Shown: positions 51,703-62,919, numbered from the stretch's first letter. The stretch: DNA of 64,000 nt from Aminipila terrae (GCF_010120715.1 NZ_CP047591.1:2586303-2650302); one strand, 5' to 3'. The notes: a model not told the origin generated them from the letters alone. Made by a program: numbers and translations.

Positions 51703-53946
51703 ATGACTGAATTATTAGCTCCAGCAGGGAATATGGAAGCTTTAAAGGCCGCAATTTCTAATGGTTGTGATGCAATATACTTAGGCATGCAAAAATTTGG
51801 TGCACGTGCATACTCGTGCAATTTTGATTTAGAATCATTAAAAGAGGCTGTTGATTATGCGCACCTGAGAAATATTAAAATCTATGTAACCATGAATACC
51901 ATCGTTTTCGAAAACGAAGTTGAAGAGATGAAGGCGCAGATGAACGAATTAAATGAAATCGGTGTGGATGGAATTATCGTTCAGGACTTGGTTGCTTTGG
52001 ATTATATAGTTAAAAACTTTCTTGATATGGAAGCACATTGTTCAACTCAGATGGGAATAGACGATTTAGAAGGAACTTTATTATTTAAGGAGCTTGGTGC
52101 TAAACGAGTTGTTTTGGCCCGTGAGGTTCCGATTGAAAAAGTAAAAGAGATAAAAAGAATAGCTAAAATACCTTTAGAAATTTTTGCTCACGGTGCTTTA
52201 TGTGTATCTTATTCTGGAAACTGTCTAATGTCTGGATTAATCGGCTATCGAAGCGGAAATCGGGGAAGATGTGTTGGTTCATGTCGTAAAGAGTATGAAC
52301 TACTTGATAAGACAACAGATACATCTTTAGGAAAAAACTATATTTTATCTACTAAGGATTTAAACACTATCGATTATATTAATGATTTAAAAGAAATAGA
52401 TTCTTTAAAAATAGAGGGCCGAATGAAAGAGCCTGCCTATGTTGCCAATGTTGTATCAAAATATCGCATGGCCTTAGATGATAAAATAGCCCAAGAAGAT
52501 AAAGAGAATCTGAACAAAACATTCAATAGAACATTTACTAAAGGATATTTGTTTCACGAAGATCAGAAAGATATTACAAACATTTTAAGGCCGAATAATT
52601 TTGGCTATGAAATTGGCAGAATTAGCAAAATGGTTAAAGACATGTATGAAATAACACTTACACGTACTTTAAATCAAAACGATATAATCAGAATAAGTCA
52701 TAATAATGAAGATGTAAATTTAACTGTTGTAAAACTGTACGATAAAGATGGCAATTTAATTAACAAGGCACATGATGTCTGCTATATCAAAATCAAAGAA
52801 AAGTTGTCTAAGGGCGATTTAGTATATATAACGAAGGATTATTTTTATTACAAAGAGTTAGAGTCATCACTGGAAAAAGAATTTAAGCGCTTTAACCTAG
52901 ATATAAGAGTGTATGCATATCCAGATTCAAAGCTTATCATTGATGCTGAGGGTTTAGGCTTCAATTATTTATATGAAAGCCAGGAAATACTAGGGGTCGC
53001 AATTAACAATCCAACAACAAAAGATCAGCTAATAAAGCAATTTTCAAGATTAAATGATACTATATTTGAACTTAATCATGTAGATTTTGAGGAATGCAAT
53101 GCATTTATTCCAGCTAAACTGTTAAATGCAGCAAGAAGAGATATTGTACAGGGCTTATACGACTTAAAGCTTAACAGCCAAAAGAAAAGAACCAAGGCTT
53201 TAAAAGCAAAAGAAAAAATAAGTTTTGCCCCTGAAAAACCATACCTTACGGCCTCTGTAACGACTAAGGAACAGTATGATGCTTGCGTGAACTGTGGAAT
53301 TAAGGAAATCTATTTTGAAAACGTTGTTAGAAGAAACCAGAATGATTATAAGGAAAAAGAAGGGCAGCTACTAATCGGAGGATATGGCGGAATTTATCAC
53401 TACAGAAAAACTAATCCTTTTGTTACGGACTACTCTCTAAATGTTGTTAATTCTACTAGTTGCTATGAATTATATAGATTAGGTGCGAAACGTGTAACGT
53501 TATCTTATGAATTGAATAAGAGCCAAATTGAAGAGCTAATCAATGCTTATTATGAAGAAAATGGCGGCTATCCTGCGCTGGAGATGATTGTATATGGTAA
53601 GGCTCCTTTGATGTTTACAAAATATTGTCCGCTGAAAAAAATGAACCAATGCGGTATTTGTAGAACAAAGAGCTATGAGTTGAAAGATGATTACGGAACC
53701 TTCCCAATCATTTGTCATGATGATTGTACAACGACTATTCTTAATGGCAAGACACTTAATCTTTTAGATGAGCTTCCAAGCATAAAAAGAATTGATGCAT
53801 TCAGATTGAACTTTACAGTTGAGTCCAAAGAGCAGGTTGTGACAACCATTAATAAGGCCTTAAACAAATTAAATGGCGGAATGGATAAAGCTGTCTTTAA
53901 TAAGGAAACAGACACAAGAGGACATTTTAATAAAGAAATTTTGTAG
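51703..53946 (+). CDS. peptidase U32 family protein (long, collagenase-like form)
   Basis: N-terminal ELLAPAGN...AI.NGCDAIYLG...FGARAY.. U32 signature. RBS ggagg before ATG 51703. Confidence 0.75.
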   Translation: MTELLAPAGNMEALKAAISNGCDAIYLGMQKFGARAYSCNFDLESLKEAVDYAHLRNIKIYVTMNTIVFENEVEEMKAQMNELNEIGVDGIIVQDLVALDYIVKNFLDMEAHCSTQMGIDDLEGTLLFKELGAKRVVLAREVPIEKVKEIKRIAKIPLEIFAHGALCVSYSGNCLMSGLIGYRSGNRGRCVGSCRKEYELLDKTTDTSLGKNYILSTKDLNTIDYINDLKEIDSLKIEGRMKEPAYVANVVSKYRMALDDKIAQEDKENLNKTFNRTFTKGYLFHEDQKDITNILRPNNFGYEIGRISKMVKDMYEITLTRTLNQNDIIRISHNNEDVNLTVVKLYDKDGNLINKAHDVCYIKIKEKLSKGDLVYITKDYFYYKELESSLEKEFKRFNLDIRVYAYPDSKLIIDAEGLGFNYLYESQEILGVAINNPTTKDQLIKQFSRLNDTIFELNHVDFEECNAFIPAKLLNAARRDIVQGLYDLKLNSQKKRTKALKAKEKISFAPEKPYLTASVTTKEQYDACVNCGIKEIYFENVVRRNQNDYKEKEGQLLIGGYGGIYHYRKTNPFVTDYSLNVVNSTSCYELYRLGAKRVTLSYELNKSQIEELINAYYEENGGYPALEMIVYGKAPLMFTKYCPLKKMNQCGICRTKSYELKDDYGTFPIICHDDCTTTILNGKTLNLLDELPSIKRIDAFRLNFTVESKEQVVTTINKALNKLNGGMDKAVFNKETDTRGHFNKEIL

Positions 53947-54150
53947 GGAAATTCCAGCTCAAATCAGGCTGGCGCCTTCAAAGATTGAGGTTTCAATATT
54001 TTAAAAATGTTGGAACTTCTTTTTTATTGTTTTTTACTTTGAACGAAAAGGTCTGTAAAAAATCTTTTAGGGACTATAATCATAGAAAATGTTGTTATTT
54101 ATTTAGAGAAGGACTATATTTATATAAAAAATAACAATAAAAGAAGGTGA

Positions 54151-54474
54151 GTGGTTTTGGTAAAAGTTGATGTTAATCCAGGGGCATGCGGATTAAAAAC
54201 AAGTTTGAGGATGGAAGTAGACGGTAATCAATCGCTTAAAATTGATATACAGTCAGAATGCCCACAAATTATGGCAATGGAGGCAGATTTAACAGAATTA
54301 GCTGGTTATAAGGAGTGCTTTGAAAAGTATAGTAAGTCAATGATTTACAAGATTGCTGACAAACATTGCCGGCATTTGGCATGTCCTGTTCCAACAGCCA
54401 TCATCAAGGGAATGGAAGTTGCTTATGGTTTTAACGTGTGCAAGGACGTAACCATACATATTGAGAAAGAATAA
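54151..54474 (+). CDS. hypothetical Cys-rich small protein (107 aa, GTG start)
   Basis: Six Cys residues including CRHLACP. No family assignment. Confidence 0.4.
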   Translation: MVLVKVDVNPGACGLKTSLRMEVDGNQSLKIDIQSECPQIMAMEADLTELAGYKECFEKYSKSMIYKIADKHCRHLACPVPTAIIKGMEVAYGFNVCKDVTIHIEKE

Positions 54475-54519
54475 TACATTCATCTAAATCAAAATGTTTT
54501 TTTAGAATTCAGCTGTGAG

Positions 54520-54548
54520 CCTACAATATAAAATATTGTAGGTTTTTT
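54520..54548 (+). terminator. rho-independent terminator
   Basis: cctacaatat-aaa-atattgtagg plus T6. Confidence 0.6.
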
Positions 54549-54896
54549 CTTTAATAATTGCCAAAAAAATTGGAGTATAACCCAAAGAAACTATTTTGAA
54601 TATTGATTGTTATTAGAATATTCTACATATATTTAGAATGTTTTTCATAACTGTTTAGTGGAATTATAAACCATTTTAATGCATTTTAATACTAAATATC
54701 TTAGCAAATGTGTATTTTTCAACATTTATTTTGCATGTGTAATTCGGACTTGCTTAAAAAATAAATATAAACTATGCCCTAAGGTATTGATTTTTATTTA
54801 ATCGATGTTATAATTTAATTGAATTTACAGAATACTTCGTAAAATCAATATATTGTGAAAGACTATATTGCATTTATGTATTTATTTTGAATTCTG

Positions 54897-55080
54897 ATTC
54901 GGAGGTGGTAAGAAGCGCGGATAGATATTATCCGATATACGAAAGAGGACTTTTAAAAATGGGTAAGCGTCAAACGTAATTAGGCAATACTTTAATGTTT
55001 GACCATAGCAGTTGACTGTACCACATGGAAGTTTTCCTGTGGCGGACAGATTTCTGGCAGATTTATAATAAACACTTGTT
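54897..55080 (+). promoter_or_regulatory. candidate lysine riboswitch (L-box) in the 5' leader of the amino-acid permease gene
   Basis: GGAGGTGG...GCGC, GAAAGAGGAC, GGTAAGCGTCAAA and TGGAAG blocks resemble L-box conserved blocks (AGAGGTGC, GAAAGGGGA, GTAAGGCTGTCAAGA, TGGAG). Confidence 0.35.
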
Positions 55081-55138
55081 TTATGCAACTGCTATTCTAT
55101 GAAATTATTATGTTTTTTTAAGGTAAGGAGGATTTATT

Positions 55139-56653
55139 ATGAGTTCAGAAAAACATGGCGAAGGTACTAAACTGAGTCGTGGAATAAGGTCCAGACAGCT
55201 TACTATGATAGCTATCGGCGGAGCTATCGGTACAGGATTGTTTTTTGCAAGTGGAAGTGCAGTTTCATCTTCCGGTCCAGGAGGCGCAATGGTTGCCTAT
55301 GGATTAATGGGTCTTATAGTATTTTTTATGATGTCATCACTTGGTGAAATGGCAACTCAGTTACCACTTGTTGGATCTTTCGAAGCGTATGCTAACAGAT
55401 TTATCGATCCGGCTTTCGGCTTTGCTGTTGGTTGGAACTACTGGTTCTCTTGGGCTATTACTGTTGCAGCTGAATTCGTTGCAGCAGGTCTGATTGTTAA
55501 GTTCTGGATACCAGAAGTACCTGGTACTTTGGTAGCAATTATAGCATTCACGTTATTAATGGGTTTGAACCTGATTTCCACCAAATCATATGCAGAAGCA
55601 GAATATTGGTTTGCTGGTATTAAAGTAATCGCTGTTATTATTTTCCTGATTGCTGGTGTTCTTTGTATCTTCGGCATCATGGGTAATCATACAACAGGAT
55701 TCCAGAACTGGACACTGGATGCAGGTGATGGAGGAAAGGCTCCATTTGTTGGCGGATTTGCTGCAATGATGAGTGTATTTGCTGTAGCTGGATTCTCTTT
55801 CCAGGGAACTGAAATCGTAGGTCTTGCTGCTGCAGAAACAGCAGATCCTGAAAAGAATGTTCCAAAGGCAATCAATACAGTATTCTGGCGAATCTTAATT
55901 TTCTACATAGGCAGTATCTTTGTAATCGGTACATTGATTCCGTTTACAGAACCTGACTTATTAAACGGAAGTGCTACAAACGTAGCAGCATCTCCATTTG
56001 TTCTGGTATTTAAAAATGTAGGTTTTGCAGCAGCAGCATCTGTTTTAAACGCTGTAATCCTGACATCCGTATTATCATGTGGTAACTCCGGTCTTTATAC
56101 TTCTTCAAGAATGTTGCATGCAATGGCAACAAGAGGAAATGCACCAAAGTTCTTTGCAAAGACAAATAAACATGGTGTTCCTGTTTATGCAGTATGGGCA
56201 ACTGGCGGTATCGCAGCACTTTCCTTCTTTGCTTCAATGGTAGGAGAAGGTAAGATTTATACAATTTTCTATAATGCATCAGCATTAAGCGGATTCTTTA
56301 TCTGGCTTGGTATTTCAATCTGCCACTACAGATTCAGAAAAGCATGGGTTGCACAGGGCCACAGCATTTCAGAACTGAAATACAAATCATTATTGTATCC
56401 ATTTGGACCAATCTTTGCAGGAGTTATGATTACAGTAATCATTTTCTTAGCAAATATGTGGGTATTCCAGGCAGATACTTTCAGCTGGTTTGACTTCATT
56501 TCTAACTATGCACTGATTCCTGTATTCCCTATTCTAATCATTGCATATAAGCTTAAGAAAAAGACTAAGCTTGTTCCTTTGACTGAATGTGACTTTACTA
56601 TTCCTGATGAAACAGTTGATGATCCAACTATAGCAGCAGCTGCTAACAAATAA
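55139..56653 (+). CDS. APC-family amino-acid permease (LysP/AroP-like)
   Basis: SRGIRSRQLTMIAIGGAIGTGLFFASG signature. 12 TM segments. Confidence 0.85.
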   Translation: MSSEKHGEGTKLSRGIRSRQLTMIAIGGAIGTGLFFASGSAVSSSGPGGAMVAYGLMGLIVFFMMSSLGEMATQLPLVGSFEAYANRFIDPAFGFAVGWNYWFSWAITVAAEFVAAGLIVKFWIPEVPGTLVAIIAFTLLMGLNLISTKSYAEAEYWFAGIKVIAVIIFLIAGVLCIFGIMGNHTTGFQNWTLDAGDGGKAPFVGGFAAMMSVFAVAGFSFQGTEIVGLAAAETADPEKNVPKAINTVFWRILIFYIGSIFVIGTLIPFTEPDLLNGSATNVAASPFVLVFKNVGFAAAASVLNAVILTSVLSCGNSGLYTSSRMLHAMATRGNAPKFFAKTNKHGVPVYAVWATGGIAALSFFASMVGEGKIYTIFYNASALSGFFIWLGISICHYRFRKAWVAQGHSISELKYKSLLYPFGPIFAGVMITVIIFLANMWVFQADTFSWFDFISNYALIPVFPILIIAYKLKKKTKLVPLTECDFTIPDETVDDPTIAAAANK

Positions 56654-56684
56654 AATCGGAATATTTAATTAAATAAAACAATAA

Positions 56685-56720
56685 AAAGGTAGCAGATAAT
56701 AATAGTCTGCTACCTTTTTT
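56685..56720 (+). terminator. rho-independent terminator
   Basis: aaaggtagcag...ctgctaccttt plus T-run. Confidence 0.65.
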
Positions 56721-57145
56721 ATAGAAATAAATCTAAATGGGGAGAACTTTTGCCAGCCTGAATAAAGTGTAAAAGAAAAAAACAGTAAGATACAAATAAA
56801 ATTAAATATTTGTCCCTCATAAGATTGACACATCTTGTATAATAAAATATGTTTTTTGTTAATTATAACCTTTTTTAATTAAATTTTTATTTTTTTTTAC
56901 TAAAATTGATAATTTTTATTGGACTTCTTTGTTAACGTGGTATAAAATATTTAGCGAGCATTCCGTTTAATTCTCCTAATTATTTCCGAATTTTTAAATT
57001 TTTATAAAGAATAAAATGAATTGATTGCAGCGGAAAAGGGTAGAATTGCTATGAACACGGTATAAGTATGCAATGCTTCATTGATATAGATGTTTCATTC
57101 TATTATTAATGCAGCAAATTTTTAAATTTAAAGGGAGAGACTAAA

Positions 57146-59170
57146 ATGACTAATCTTATTTTGGCAGCATCTATTTTAGCATTAATATTTGCGGCTTATT
57201 TATCCAAGTCAGTTCTTAAAGAAGACATGGGAACTGACAAAATGATTGAGATTTCAGAATCAATCCAACAGGGTGCAATGGCCTTTTTAAACAGACAGTA
57301 TAAGACCTTGCTTCCAATTGCAATTATTATTTTTATCATCTTGGGATTATTAACTGAACACAAATGGTCATCTGCAATAGCATTTGGTGTTGGTGCATTC
57401 TTTTCTGCACTAGCAGGTTACCTGGGTATGTACATCGCAACCAGAGCAAATGCCAGAACAACACATGCTGCAAAAAGCAGTTTGAAAAAGGCACTTGGAA
57501 TTGCTTTCAAGGGCGGTTCTGTTATGGGTATGGGTGTTGTAGGTCTTGGATTACTTGGCGTATCATTGTTATATATATTTGTAGCTAAGCAGAATCCAGA
57601 ATCTATAGCAGCAATCGACAGTTTCGCTTTCGGAGCTTCATTAATTGCTCTTTTTGCACGTATTGGCGGAGGTATTTTTACAAAGGCCGCTGACGTTGGT
57701 GCAGACCTGGTTGGTAAAGTAGAAGCTGGAATACCTGAAGATGACCCTAGAAACCCTGCAGTTATTGCTGACAATGTAGGGGATAACGTTGGTGACGTTG
57801 CAGGTATGGGTGCTGACCTGTTTGAATCTTATGCAGCAACATCCATTGCAGCAATGCTATTAGGTACATTCATGCCTGGACAGACAGGTGTAATACTTCC
57901 GCTATTATTGGGTGCAGCAGGAATTATTGCCTCTATTATCGGAACTCTTTTCATTTACACAGGTAATGATGGAAATCCACAGTCCGGACTTAACAGAAGT
58001 CTTTATACATCTTTCATTTTGTCTGCAGTTGCAGCATTTTTCCTGACCAGATATTTATTGCCAGACCATCAGATTCAATTTTTCATTGCAATTATGGGTG
58101 GTTTAATCGCAAACATTTTAATCGGACTGGTAACAGAGTACTTTACAGCACAAAATTATTCACCGGTTCAGAATATTGCAAAATCCTCTCAGACAGGAGC
58201 TGCAACAAATGCCATTTATGGTTTCTCCGTAGGACTTGAAAGTACTGCACTTCCAATTGTAATTATTATTGCAACTGTTGCAGTAGCTTATGTAGTTCCA
58301 GGAGGCGGTGTTTATGGATTCTATGGAATCGCATTAGCAGCAATGGGTATGTTATCCATGGCAGGTACCATTGTAGCTATCGATGCTTATGGACCAATTG
58401 CAGACAATGCTGGTGGTATTGCTGAAATGGCTGGTCTTGAACCAGAAGTTCGTCAGGTTACGGACAAGCTTGATGCTGTTGGAAACACTACAGCAGCTAT
58501 CGCAAAGGGATTTGCTATCGGATCTGCTGCAATTACTGCAATTGCATTATTCTCTGCGTTTGCTCAGAGAGCAGGTTTAGCTTCACTTGATATATTAAAT
58601 CCAATGATTATGCTTGGTTTATTGTTTGGTGCAATGATTCCATTCCTGTTCTGTGCATACGCTATGAGAGCCGTTGGAACTGCAGCCTTTGAAATGATTG
58701 AAGAAGTAAGAAGACAGTTCAGAGAAATCCCAGGACTTTTACAAGGAACAGCAAAGGCAGATTATAAGAAGTGCGTAGATATTTCTACAAAAGCTGCTAT
58801 AAAGAGAATGATTAAGCCAGGACTGATTGCTCCTTTAAGCATAATTGTTATAGGTTTCGGTATTGCTGCATTTAATCCTACCGTTGCATTAAACGTTCTT
58901 GGCGGTATGCTGGTTGGCGGTACTGCAAGTGGTGTACTACTTGCTCTTACTATGTCAAATGCAGGTGGTGCATGGGATAATGCTAAGAAATACATTGAAA
59001 CTGGTGCACTTGGTGGAAAAGGTTCAGAAGCGCATAAAGCTGCAGTTGTTGGAGATACCATCGGCGATCCGTTTAAAGATACAGCCGGTCCTTCACTAAA
59101 TGCAGTAATCAAGGTTATGGGTACTATCTCATTAATCGTTGCTCCTATTATTGCAGCAATGATAAAATAA
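57146..59170 (+). CDS. hppA: membrane-bound proton/sodium-translocating pyrophosphatase
   Basis: DNVGDNVGDVAGMGADLFESY signature. About 16 TM segments. Confidence 0.9.
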   Translation: MTNLILAASILALIFAAYLSKSVLKEDMGTDKMIEISESIQQGAMAFLNRQYKTLLPIAIIIFIILGLLTEHKWSSAIAFGVGAFFSALAGYLGMYIATRANARTTHAAKSSLKKALGIAFKGGSVMGMGVVGLGLLGVSLLYIFVAKQNPESIAAIDSFAFGASLIALFARIGGGIFTKAADVGADLVGKVEAGIPEDDPRNPAVIADNVGDNVGDVAGMGADLFESYAATSIAAMLLGTFMPGQTGVILPLLLGAAGIIASIIGTLFIYTGNDGNPQSGLNRSLYTSFILSAVAAFFLTRYLLPDHQIQFFIAIMGGLIANILIGLVTEYFTAQNYSPVQNIAKSSQTGAATNAIYGFSVGLESTALPIVIIIATVAVAYVVPGGGVYGFYGIALAAMGMLSMAGTIVAIDAYGPIADNAGGIAEMAGLEPEVRQVTDKLDAVGNTTAAIAKGFAIGSAAITAIALFSAFAQRAGLASLDILNPMIMLGLLFGAMIPFLFCAYAMRAVGTAAFEMIEEVRRQFREIPGLLQGTAKADYKKCVDISTKAAIKRMIKPGLIAPLSIIVIGFGIAAFNPTVALNVLGGMLVGGTASGVLLALTMSNAGGAWDNAKKYIETGALGGKGSEAHKAAVVGDTIGDPFKDTAGPSLNAVIKVMGTISLIVAPIIAAMIK

Positions 59171-59230
59171 AAGTGCCTGTAGAACAAATTTTTAAATAAA
59201 TAAATACAAATTTTAATAAAATGGAAATTG

Positions 59231-59267
59231 AGACTGTGCTTAAAACTTTTAGCACAGTCTTTTTTTA
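59231..59267 (+). terminator. rho-independent terminator
   Basis: agactgtgct...agcacagtct plus T7. Confidence 0.65.
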
Positions 59268-59369
59268 GGTATTTATAAAAATTGCTGAATTTCACAAAAT
59301 ATGTTATAATAATTATTACGTTAAAAAATAAACTAACAGAATAAACGGCATAAAAGTTAAAGAAAAGAG

Positions 59370-59765
59370 ATGAAGAAAAAGATGGATATAAGAGATTTGC
59401 TACCAGAAGATTCAGAAGGAAGACTAAGAATTATACAGGAAAGTGTTCCTGGAAAACAGATTTCCCTGGCTCATATAATAGGTGGACCCAGACCAATTGT
59501 ATATAAAAAGTTAGGATTAAACCCTGATATTGATTTCAATAATTCTGCAATTGGAATCCTCAACGTAACGCCTCCCGAATCAGCAGTAATTGCAAGTGAT
59601 GTAGCAATTAAAGCAGGGGATGTATATTTAGGATTTGTAGACAGATTCAGCGGAACACTGATTATAACAGGGAGGCTGTCGGAAGTAGAAACGGCTATAC
59701 AGGAAATTGTTTCTTACTTTAAAAATGAACTGGAATTTGCTGTGTGCAGAATAACAAGAAGGTAA
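59370..59765 (+). CDS. eutS: EutS/PduU-type (circularly permuted) BMC shell protein
   Basis: RIIQESVPGKQISLAHIIG...AIGILNVTPPESAVIASDVAIKAGDVYLGFVDRFSGTLIITG matches the permuted BMC domain. Confidence 0.6.
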   Translation: MKKKMDIRDLLPEDSEGRLRIIQESVPGKQISLAHIIGGPRPIVYKKLGLNPDIDFNNSAIGILNVTPPESAVIASDVAIKAGDVYLGFVDRFSGTLIITGRLSEVETAIQEIVSYFKNELEFAVCRITRR

Positions 59766-59770
59766 TAATC

Positions 59771-60250
59771 ATGAGGAAGATTATGCTTCTTGGGCGTAGT
59801 GAGGCCGGAAAGACTACGCTGACACAGGCTTTAAAGGGAGAAAAAATTACCTATCATAAAACCCAGTATGTCAACTATTATGATGTTATTATTGATACAC
59901 CGGGAGAATATGCGGAAACCAATACGCTGGCAGGTGCCCTGGCGATTTATTCTTACGAAGCAGATGTAATAGGTATGCTGCTGAGTGCTATTGAGCCTTA
60001 TTCCCTGTATCCCCCATGTGTATGTGCCATCGCAACAAGAGAGGTAATAGGTATTGTTACAAAGATAGATCATAAGGAAGCTGATGTGGAACAGGCTAAA
60101 GAATGGCTGAGATTAGCAGGCTGTGAAAAAATATTTTGTATCAGTGCTTACACTGGAGAGGGAATTTCAGATATTTTAGAATATTTAAAGGAAGATGGAG
60201 ATATACTTCCATGGGAGGAAGCTAAAGCAAAAGACGATATTTTGATATAG
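59771..60250 (+). CDS. eutP: EutP/PduV-family GTPase
   Basis: MLLGRSEAGKTTL P-loop, DTPGE and TKIDH motifs. Start set at ATG 59771. Confidence 0.7.
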   Translation: MRKIMLLGRSEAGKTTLTQALKGEKITYHKTQYVNYYDVIIDTPGEYAETNTLAGALAIYSYEADVIGMLLSAIEPYSLYPPCVCAIATREVIGIVTKIDHKEADVEQAKEWLRLAGCEKIFCISAYTGEGISDILEYLKEDGDILPWEEAKAKDDILI

Positions 60251-60429
60251 CAAAGTCATGTAATTATGTAGAAAGAATCACGATTTATTTACCTATATTT
60301 TGTTAAAAAAAACAAATTTCAAATAATTCAACATATTTTTTCCAAAAACCATTGAACAAACTCCTAAAAATGTATAAAATACTAAATGCACTAGCTATAA
60401 TTTTATATATAACTTTAAGGAGAGAAAAA

Positions 60430-61965
60430 ATGGAGGAAAAAAATGTAATGGAGCAGGGAACTCCAGCGAAGAAAAAGCGCCAATTCCCATCTGCCTTTAC
60501 GGTATTATTTATTATCCTGATTATTGCGGCTATTGGAACAAACTTTATGCCAACAGGAGCATACTCAAAACTACTTTACAATGCAGATACAAACAAGTTT
60601 GACATTACTGCTCCAGACGGAAGTATTAATTCCATGGATGCAGACCAACAGTCACTGGACACCCTACATATCAAGGCTAAATTAGATTTATTTTTAGATG
60701 GCAGTATTAATAAGCCGATTGGTATTCCTGGAAGCTATGAAGCGATTGAACCTAATCCACAGGGATTTACTGATGGTGTTTTAGCTTTGGTTAATGGTGT
60801 ATATGACACCATTGATATCAGTTTATTTATCTTTGTACTGGGAGGTATGCTTGCTTATTTAAATAAGTCAGGTGCTTTCGCAGCTGGAATGGGAGCCTTA
60901 TCAAGAGTAACTAGAGGGAAGGAATACATACTTATTATACTTATTACTGTATTAATCTCTCTTGGTGGCACTACTTTCGGCATGTGCGAAGAAACAGTTG
61001 CACTTTATGCAGTAGTTATTCCAATCTTTGTAATTGCAGGTTATGATGCTTTAGTAGGTATAGCAGCAGTTTATCTGGGTTCATCTATTGGTACTATGTG
61101 TTCCACAGTTAATCCTTTTTCAGTTGTAATCGCATCCAATGCTGCTGGTATCAACTTTATGGAAGGATTCGGAATCAGAATCTCTGCACTGGTTGTAGGT
61201 ACTATTATCTGTATCTTATATGTAATCAGATATGGTAATATGGTTAGAAAGAATCCTGAAAAATCACTTATCTTAGAAAGTAAGGCATATATTGATGAAA
61301 AGTACTGCAGCGAAGCTGAAGTACCTGTACTGACTCTGAGATTTAAGATTATATTAGCTCAGTTCTTCCTGACTTTTGTAGTTATGGTTTATGGAGTAGT
61401 TAAACTTCAATGGTGGTTTGGCGAAATGACGGGTCTATTCCTGGTTTCTGCTATCATCATGGGAATCATTTTACGTATGAGCGAAACTGAAATGGTTAAT
61501 GAATTCCTGGCAGGTGCAGGAGATATGATTGGTGTTGCTCTTATCTGTGGTGTTGCAAGATCCATCAACGTAATATTAGAAAATGGTTTAGTATCAGATG
61601 CATTGCTTAACACAATGTCCGGATGGATAAATGGCATGAGTCCTTATGCTTTCGCCATTATGATGTATTTCATTTATATCATCTTAGGATTTTTCATTAA
61701 TTCATCATCTGGTCTTGCTGTACTTTCAATGCCAATCATGGCACCTCTTGCAGATGCAGTTGGCCTTCCTAGAGAAGTTGTTATTACAGCATACATGTTT
61801 GGTCAGGGTACAATGGGCTTCATTACTCCAACTGGATTAGTACTGGTAGTCCTTCAGCTAGTTCATGTAAACTACGACAAATACTTAAAATTTGTTATGC
61901 CGCTAATGGGAATATTAGTAGCATTTTCAATAGCATTCCTTTGCATTGAAGTTGCAACGGTATAA
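60430..61965 (+). CDS. YfcC/DcuC-like anaerobic C4-dicarboxylate / basic amino-acid antiporter family membrane protein
   Basis: N-terminus KKRQFPSAFTVLFIILIIAAIGT typical of YfcC. RBS aaggagag before ATG 60430. Confidence 0.7.
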   Translation: MEEKNVMEQGTPAKKKRQFPSAFTVLFIILIIAAIGTNFMPTGAYSKLLYNADTNKFDITAPDGSINSMDADQQSLDTLHIKAKLDLFLDGSINKPIGIPGSYEAIEPNPQGFTDGVLALVNGVYDTIDISLFIFVLGGMLAYLNKSGAFAAGMGALSRVTRGKEYILIILITVLISLGGTTFGMCEETVALYAVVIPIFVIAGYDALVGIAAVYLGSSIGTMCSTVNPFSVVIASNAAGINFMEGFGIRISALVVGTIICILYVIRYGNMVRKNPEKSLILESKAYIDEKYCSEAEVPVLTLRFKIILAQFFLTFVVMVYGVVKLQWWFGEMTGLFLVSAIIMGIILRMSETEMVNEFLAGAGDMIGVALICGVARSINVILENGLVSDALLNTMSGWINGMSPYAFAIMMYFIYIILGFFINSSSGLAVLSMPIMAPLADAVGLPREVVITAYMFGQGTMGFITPTGLVLVVLQLVHVNYDKYLKFVMPLMGILVAFSIAFLCIEVATV

Positions 61966-62027
61966 GTACTATTTCAAAGGAAACTGTCTATAGATATAAA
62001 GAGAGTTTTATCAATGACTAAATAGAG

Positions 62028-62068
62028 AAAAGGCTATTCCAATAGGATATATTGGGATAGCCTTTTTT
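62028..62068 (+). terminator. rho-independent terminator
   Basis: aaaggctattcc...gggatagccttttttg. Confidence 0.5.
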
Positions 62069-62236
62069 GATAGCCAGGAAACACTTCTAAAAACCAGATA
62101 TGAAAATCCAGGATGCTAGAATTATCTGTCGCAATAAGGGATAAAATTGGGTACGTAAATGGTTGAATAATAACAGGTGGGTACTCCATAATTGTAAGTG
62201 GGGCTTTCAACAGCCAAATAGTTAGGGGGTACGGCC

Positions 62237-62899
62237 ATGACAAGAATGAAATTTGAAAAAAAATACAGGTTTATGTGTCTGTTTATAGCAGCCATTATAT
62301 GTATTGTTCTTACTGGTGCAGGTCGTGGACATGTGATTTCAAATGAAAGGATTGATAAAACACTAGATAAAACCATGTTACTGTCAATTGAAGACAAGAA
62401 AGAAATTGATCTGGATGCTTTGATTTCACAGAAATGGATATTGAGAATCAACTATGATTTAAAGAAACAAAGTAAAGAAAATCTGGGGGTTCTGCAGGGT
62501 TATACAGGAAAAAACAGCTTACTTGGAACAAAGCTTCCGGAAGCGGTTGCGTTTATTACCCAAGATGGTGAAACCCAGGAGTGGTTTCCAAGTTTGTATT
62601 TTGATGCTTACGACTGGTTTGATGAGGAAAAAGGTATCGGCATAGTAAGTCTGGTATTAACAAAGGAAAGTTTACTGGCTTTTGGACAGCTGCAAGATAC
62701 CACATTATTTAATGAAATGCCAGACTATGCCAAGAGTAATCTAAAAGACTGTGATTCCAGGAGCATTCAGAAAACACAGGTATATACAAAATATGACTTA
62801 CAGATGCCCATTCATGGGGTAAAATCAATTATTAAACTATCAGTACCAATAGAAATGACCAGAAATATAAACGTTATTATGCCTGAAATTATACAATAA
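62237..62899 (+). CDS. hypothetical exported or membrane-anchored protein (220 aa)
   Basis: N-terminal hydrophobic segment FMCLFIAAIICIVLTGAG. Confidence 0.45.
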   Translation: MTRMKFEKKYRFMCLFIAAIICIVLTGAGRGHVISNERIDKTLDKTMLLSIEDKKEIDLDALISQKWILRINYDLKKQSKENLGVLQGYTGKNSLLGTKLPEAVAFITQDGETQEWFPSLYFDAYDWFDEEKGIGIVSLVLTKESLLAFGQLQDTTLFNEMPDYAKSNLKDCDSRSIQKTQVYTKYDLQMPIHGVKSIIKLSVPIEMTRNINVIMPEIIQ

Positions 62900-62919
62900 A
62901 ATATCAATTTATAAATCAA

